Source: Chthoniobacteraceae bacterium
GTDB lineage: Bacteria > Verrucomicrobiota > Verrucomicrobiia > Chthoniobacterales > Chthoniobacteraceae
Direction: 5' to 3'
Length of the DNA stretch: 64,000 nt
NCBI GenBank assembly: GCA_037190965.1
Contig: JBBCKI010000072.1
Span: 47,821-111,820, forward strand
The notes below the pieces were generated by a model. That model did no database searches. It worked only from the letters and a program-made list of their open reading frames with translations, and was not told the origin of the DNA. Below, in pieces: positions 61,141 to 64,000 of this stretch; within the stretch, counting starts at the first letter, position 1; every line of letters begins with the position of its first letter. A program made the translations under genes and the position numbers.

Positions 61141-64000
61141 ATGAAAAAGCCAAAATCCCCCCTCTCTTCTGCCAGTAAACTTGCTTCCCTCATTATTGCC
61201 GCTTGTCCGATTCTTCCGATGACCGCCATGGCGGTGGATGCGAACTGGAACGGCTCCTCCAACAGTGTCTGGACGAATGGCGCAAACTGGGTAGGCGGAG
61301 TCATGCCGAATGGAAACGGCGGGACGGCCCGGTTCGTCGACGGCGGGAACGGGAACACGGTTATCGATCTGACGGCGTCGCAGCAGACGATTTTCACCCT
61401 CATCTTCGACTCGGCGAATGCGGCCTCCTATACGATCGGGGCCGGCGGCGTCGGATCGCAGTCGCTTCGGCTGTGGGATTCAGCCTTCATTACGTTGAAT
61501 TCCAACGTCACGACGAGTCAGACATTCAATGCCAATCTCTATCTCGGCAGCAGCACCGGGGGGCATTGGTTTACGATCTCCAACCATAGCACGGCTCCCG
61601 GCCAGCTTTTGACTTTTGCAGGCGATATCATCGCCAATACCGGGAATAATAGTGCCAGAACGCTGGCCTTCGTCGGAGCCGGGGATATTGCGCTGACCGG
61701 CGCGATCAGGGATGGCACGAACGGGCCTGTGCGCCTGACGAAGACCGGGCCGGGCGACCTGACGCTATCCGGCGCCAATAAATACTCGGGGGAGACGGTG
61801 GTGGGGCTCTACATGAATGCGGTAGGGCAGAACCCCTCGAATTCCCTCGGTGGAGGAACGTTGCGTCTCGACTTTTCCGCAGCAGGTGCCCCTTCGCAGG
61901 ATATTCTTTATAACGGCATCACCAAGGGACAAGTGGTTCTGGGCGCCGGGAACCTGGAAATGATTGGAAAGGCTGGGGCGAACAATAGTCAGACCGTGGG
62001 CAATCTCGTTCTTTACGCGGGACTTTCCAACGTTTCCGTCAAGGCCGGGGAGGGTGGTAAGGCAGTTTTGAATTTTGGGAACATCGTCTCGACCACGAAC
62101 CCCAGCCATTCGCAGTTGAACTTTGACATCGGGCCGGGAGTCCAGGATTCGACCAACGGCATTACCACTACCCAGTTGAACAGCAACGGAGTCCTGACGG
62201 CCGGAGCCTCCGTGGCAACCGTCAATCGCACCGATTGGGCGACTAATGCCACGAATACAGCAGGCGGCAACATCGTTGCCTATACCGGCTATACCTCGAA
62301 TACCCCCACGGGATTGGGAACCGACCGTGCCCAGAATCTTGACTATGTGGTCGACACGACCTGGAGCGGTGGATTCAAGGAGATCAATACCCTGCGTTTC
62401 AATAAAGAGAACGCCGCCGGGTTCACGAATACTTTGACGATTGCCGCGGGGTCGACGCTCGCTTTGCGGGGGCACGCCATGATGGTGACGGCAAATACCG
62501 GCGCCAACGATGTCGTAATCAATGGCGGCACCCTGATGGGCGGGGGAAACCGAGGCCTTTCCATCTACCAGTATAACACGGAGAATGTGCTTCGGATCAA
62601 CTCGGTCATCGCGGATAACGGGAACGGGGGGAATGCGGGGTTCGTCATCATCGGGGGAGGAGGGAAGGTGCAGTTGAACGGTGCCAATACCTTTACCCAA
62701 GGGGTTTTGGTGAACGAAGGCAGCACCGTGATCGCTTCTTCGGAAAGCAATCTCGCCGGGAACAACGGGACGTTGACGGTTTCCTCAGCCACCACGAGCA
62801 GCAAGAACGTCACGATCACCGGGGCGCCTGCCGGGTTTGGCGTCGGGAGCGCCTTATTGGGCAGCGTCGTTGTCAGTTGGAACGGAACCACCGCGACCCT
62901 TGCTGATTTCCCGACGATCGATATCTCTTCGCCATCGACCGTTTCGTGGGCGACTTCGGCGGCTGTGAGCCTCAATGGCGGGACACTGGCCGTCACGGAA
63001 TCCTTTACCATGCAGCAGTCGAACGCTGCGGGAGCGGTCGGGGGCGCTGTAGCGGTGAACCGGAACATTGGTCTCGGGGCCTACGGCGGAACGATCGACG
63101 TGGCCAGTGGTAAGAACCTGACGGTGACCGGGGTGGTGAGCAGCCAGGCGACGGACGAACTGGGCGGCTTGACCAAAGCCGGTGACGGCACCCTTACGCT
63201 TTCTGGCAACAACACCTATGTCGGCGGCACAAAACTGAAGGCCGGGGTGCTGGCGCTCAATAGCGCCGGAGCGTTGGGAACCAAGGGACAGATTGAATTC
63301 AATGGCGGCACCTTGCAGTACGGGGCGAACAACGCCACCGATTACTCCAACCGCTTCAGTGACAAGACCGGGCAGGCATTCAAAGTCGATACCAACGGGC
63401 GCGACATTACCTTTGCCTCGGGACTGAAGAGCACGGGCGGCGGTCTTGCCGTGGGTGATTCATCCGGTACGGGAAGCCTTACCTTGACGAGTGCCAACAG
63501 TTATACCGGCGAAACAACGGTGGCTGGCGGGACGCTGAAGGCCAATCTGGCCGGAGCGATTGCCAATAGCTCCGCAATCAACGTCAATGCAGGGGCAAGG
63601 CTGGACCTCACCGCGATCTCGAATTATTCGACTGGCGCGGCGCAGCGCTTCGGCGGCAGCGGGACGGTGCTGGCACAGTCACTAACGATTCAAGGTGGCT
63701 TCCAAACCCATGACGGCGCTTATGGAACCGGGACGCTCAATGTGACCAACACCGGCGCGCTCACCTTCGCCAATAATGCCCATTACACAATGAATATTGG
63801 GCTGACAGGGGCGGATTCCCTTGTGGCCAGCGGTGTCGTGAAGCTGGGCGTTGTTTCCAGCGACAGGATCACCCTGAGCCTGAACCTCACCGGCCAGGTG
63901 CTTGAAGGAACGATCTATACCTTCATGACCGCAGGCAACGGGTTGCTGGAGAATAACGGGCTCTTTGTCTATAACGGAATAGCCCTCGGCGATAATTCGG
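61141..64000 (+). CDS. Secreted autotransporter-associated beta-strand repeat protein (3' end beyond the window)
   Basis: Absent from the ORF track because no stop is reached. Frame from ATG 61141: signal peptide, W.G..NSVW..ANW, LTKTGPGDLTLSGANKYSG, LTKAGDGTLTLSGNNTYVG. Confidence 0.9.
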   Translation, partial: MKKPKSPLSSASKLASLIIAACPILPMTAMAVDANWNGSSNSVWTNGANWVGGVMPNGNGGTARFVDGGNGNTVIDLTASQQTIFTLIFDSANAASYTIGAGGVGSQSLRLWDSAFITLNSNVTTSQTFNANLYLGSSTGGHWFTISNHSTAPGQLLTFAGDIIANTGNNSARTLAFVGAGDIALTGAIRDGTNGPVRLTKTGPGDLTLSGANKYSGETVVGLYMNAVGQNPSNSLGGGTLRLDFSAAGAPSQDILYNGITKGQVVLGAGNLEMIGKAGANNSQTVGNLVLYAGLSNVSVKAGEGGKAVLNFGNIVSTTNPSHSQLNFDIGPGVQDSTNGITTTQLNSNGVLTAGASVATVNRTDWATNATNTAGGNIVAYTGYTSNTPTGLGTDRAQNLDYVVDTTWSGGFKEINTLRFNKENAAGFTNTLTIAAGSTLALRGHAMMVTANTGANDVVINGGTLMGGGNRGLSIYQYNTENVLRINSVIADNGNGGNAGFVIIGGGGKVQLNGANTFTQGVLVNEGSTVIASSESNLAGNNGTLTVSSATTSSKNVTITGAPAGFGVGSALLGSVVVSWNGTTATLADFPTIDISSPSTVSWATSAAVSLNGGTLAVTESFTMQQSNAAGAVGGAVAVNRNIGLGAYGGTIDVASGKNLTVTGVVSSQATDELGGLTKAGDGTLTLSGNNTYVGGTKLKAGVLALNSAGALGTKGQIEFNGGTLQYGANNATDYSNRFSDKTGQAFKVDTNGRDITFASGLKSTGGGLAVGDSSGTGSLTLTSANSYTGETTVAGGTLKANLAGAIANSSAINVNAGARLDLTAISNYSTGAAQRFGGSGTVLAQSLTIQGGFQTHDGAYGTGTLNVTNTGALTFANNAHYTMNIGLTGADSLVASGVVKLGVVSSDRITLSLNLTGQVLEGTIYTFMTAGNGLLENNGLFVYNGIALGDNS

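Overview
High-GC bacterial chromosomal window, most likely Verrucomicrobiota (inferred from PEP-CTERM, PATR-repeat surface proteins and GntR-LacI regulators). It is mostly housekeeping and accessory genes: hybrid kinase, nadE, pilMNOP-like operon, M20 peptidase, ABC-F, autotransporter, MATE, panD, MpaA-like amidase plus dipeptide epimerase, sugar ABC with GH43, ftsY-nusB-ribH-ribBA-deoB, rpoA-rplQ, hemL, tRNA-Cys, and a lyase-like catabolic cluster. The top candidate for an undescribed system is an intact orphan podovirus-type portal gene (11820-13775) with a coupled small partner gene and no other phage genes nearby, suggesting a domesticated or dispersed (GTA-like) packaging module. Other highlights: a structured 5' RNA in front of an ankyrin protein with a small helical N-terminal domain, an unassigned ~184-nt structured RNA at 30-213, MITE and REP elements, a gene split by a single in-frame TGA, and a cluster of pseudogene fragments after tRNA-Cys. 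All family calls come from motif recognition by eye; no searches were run.
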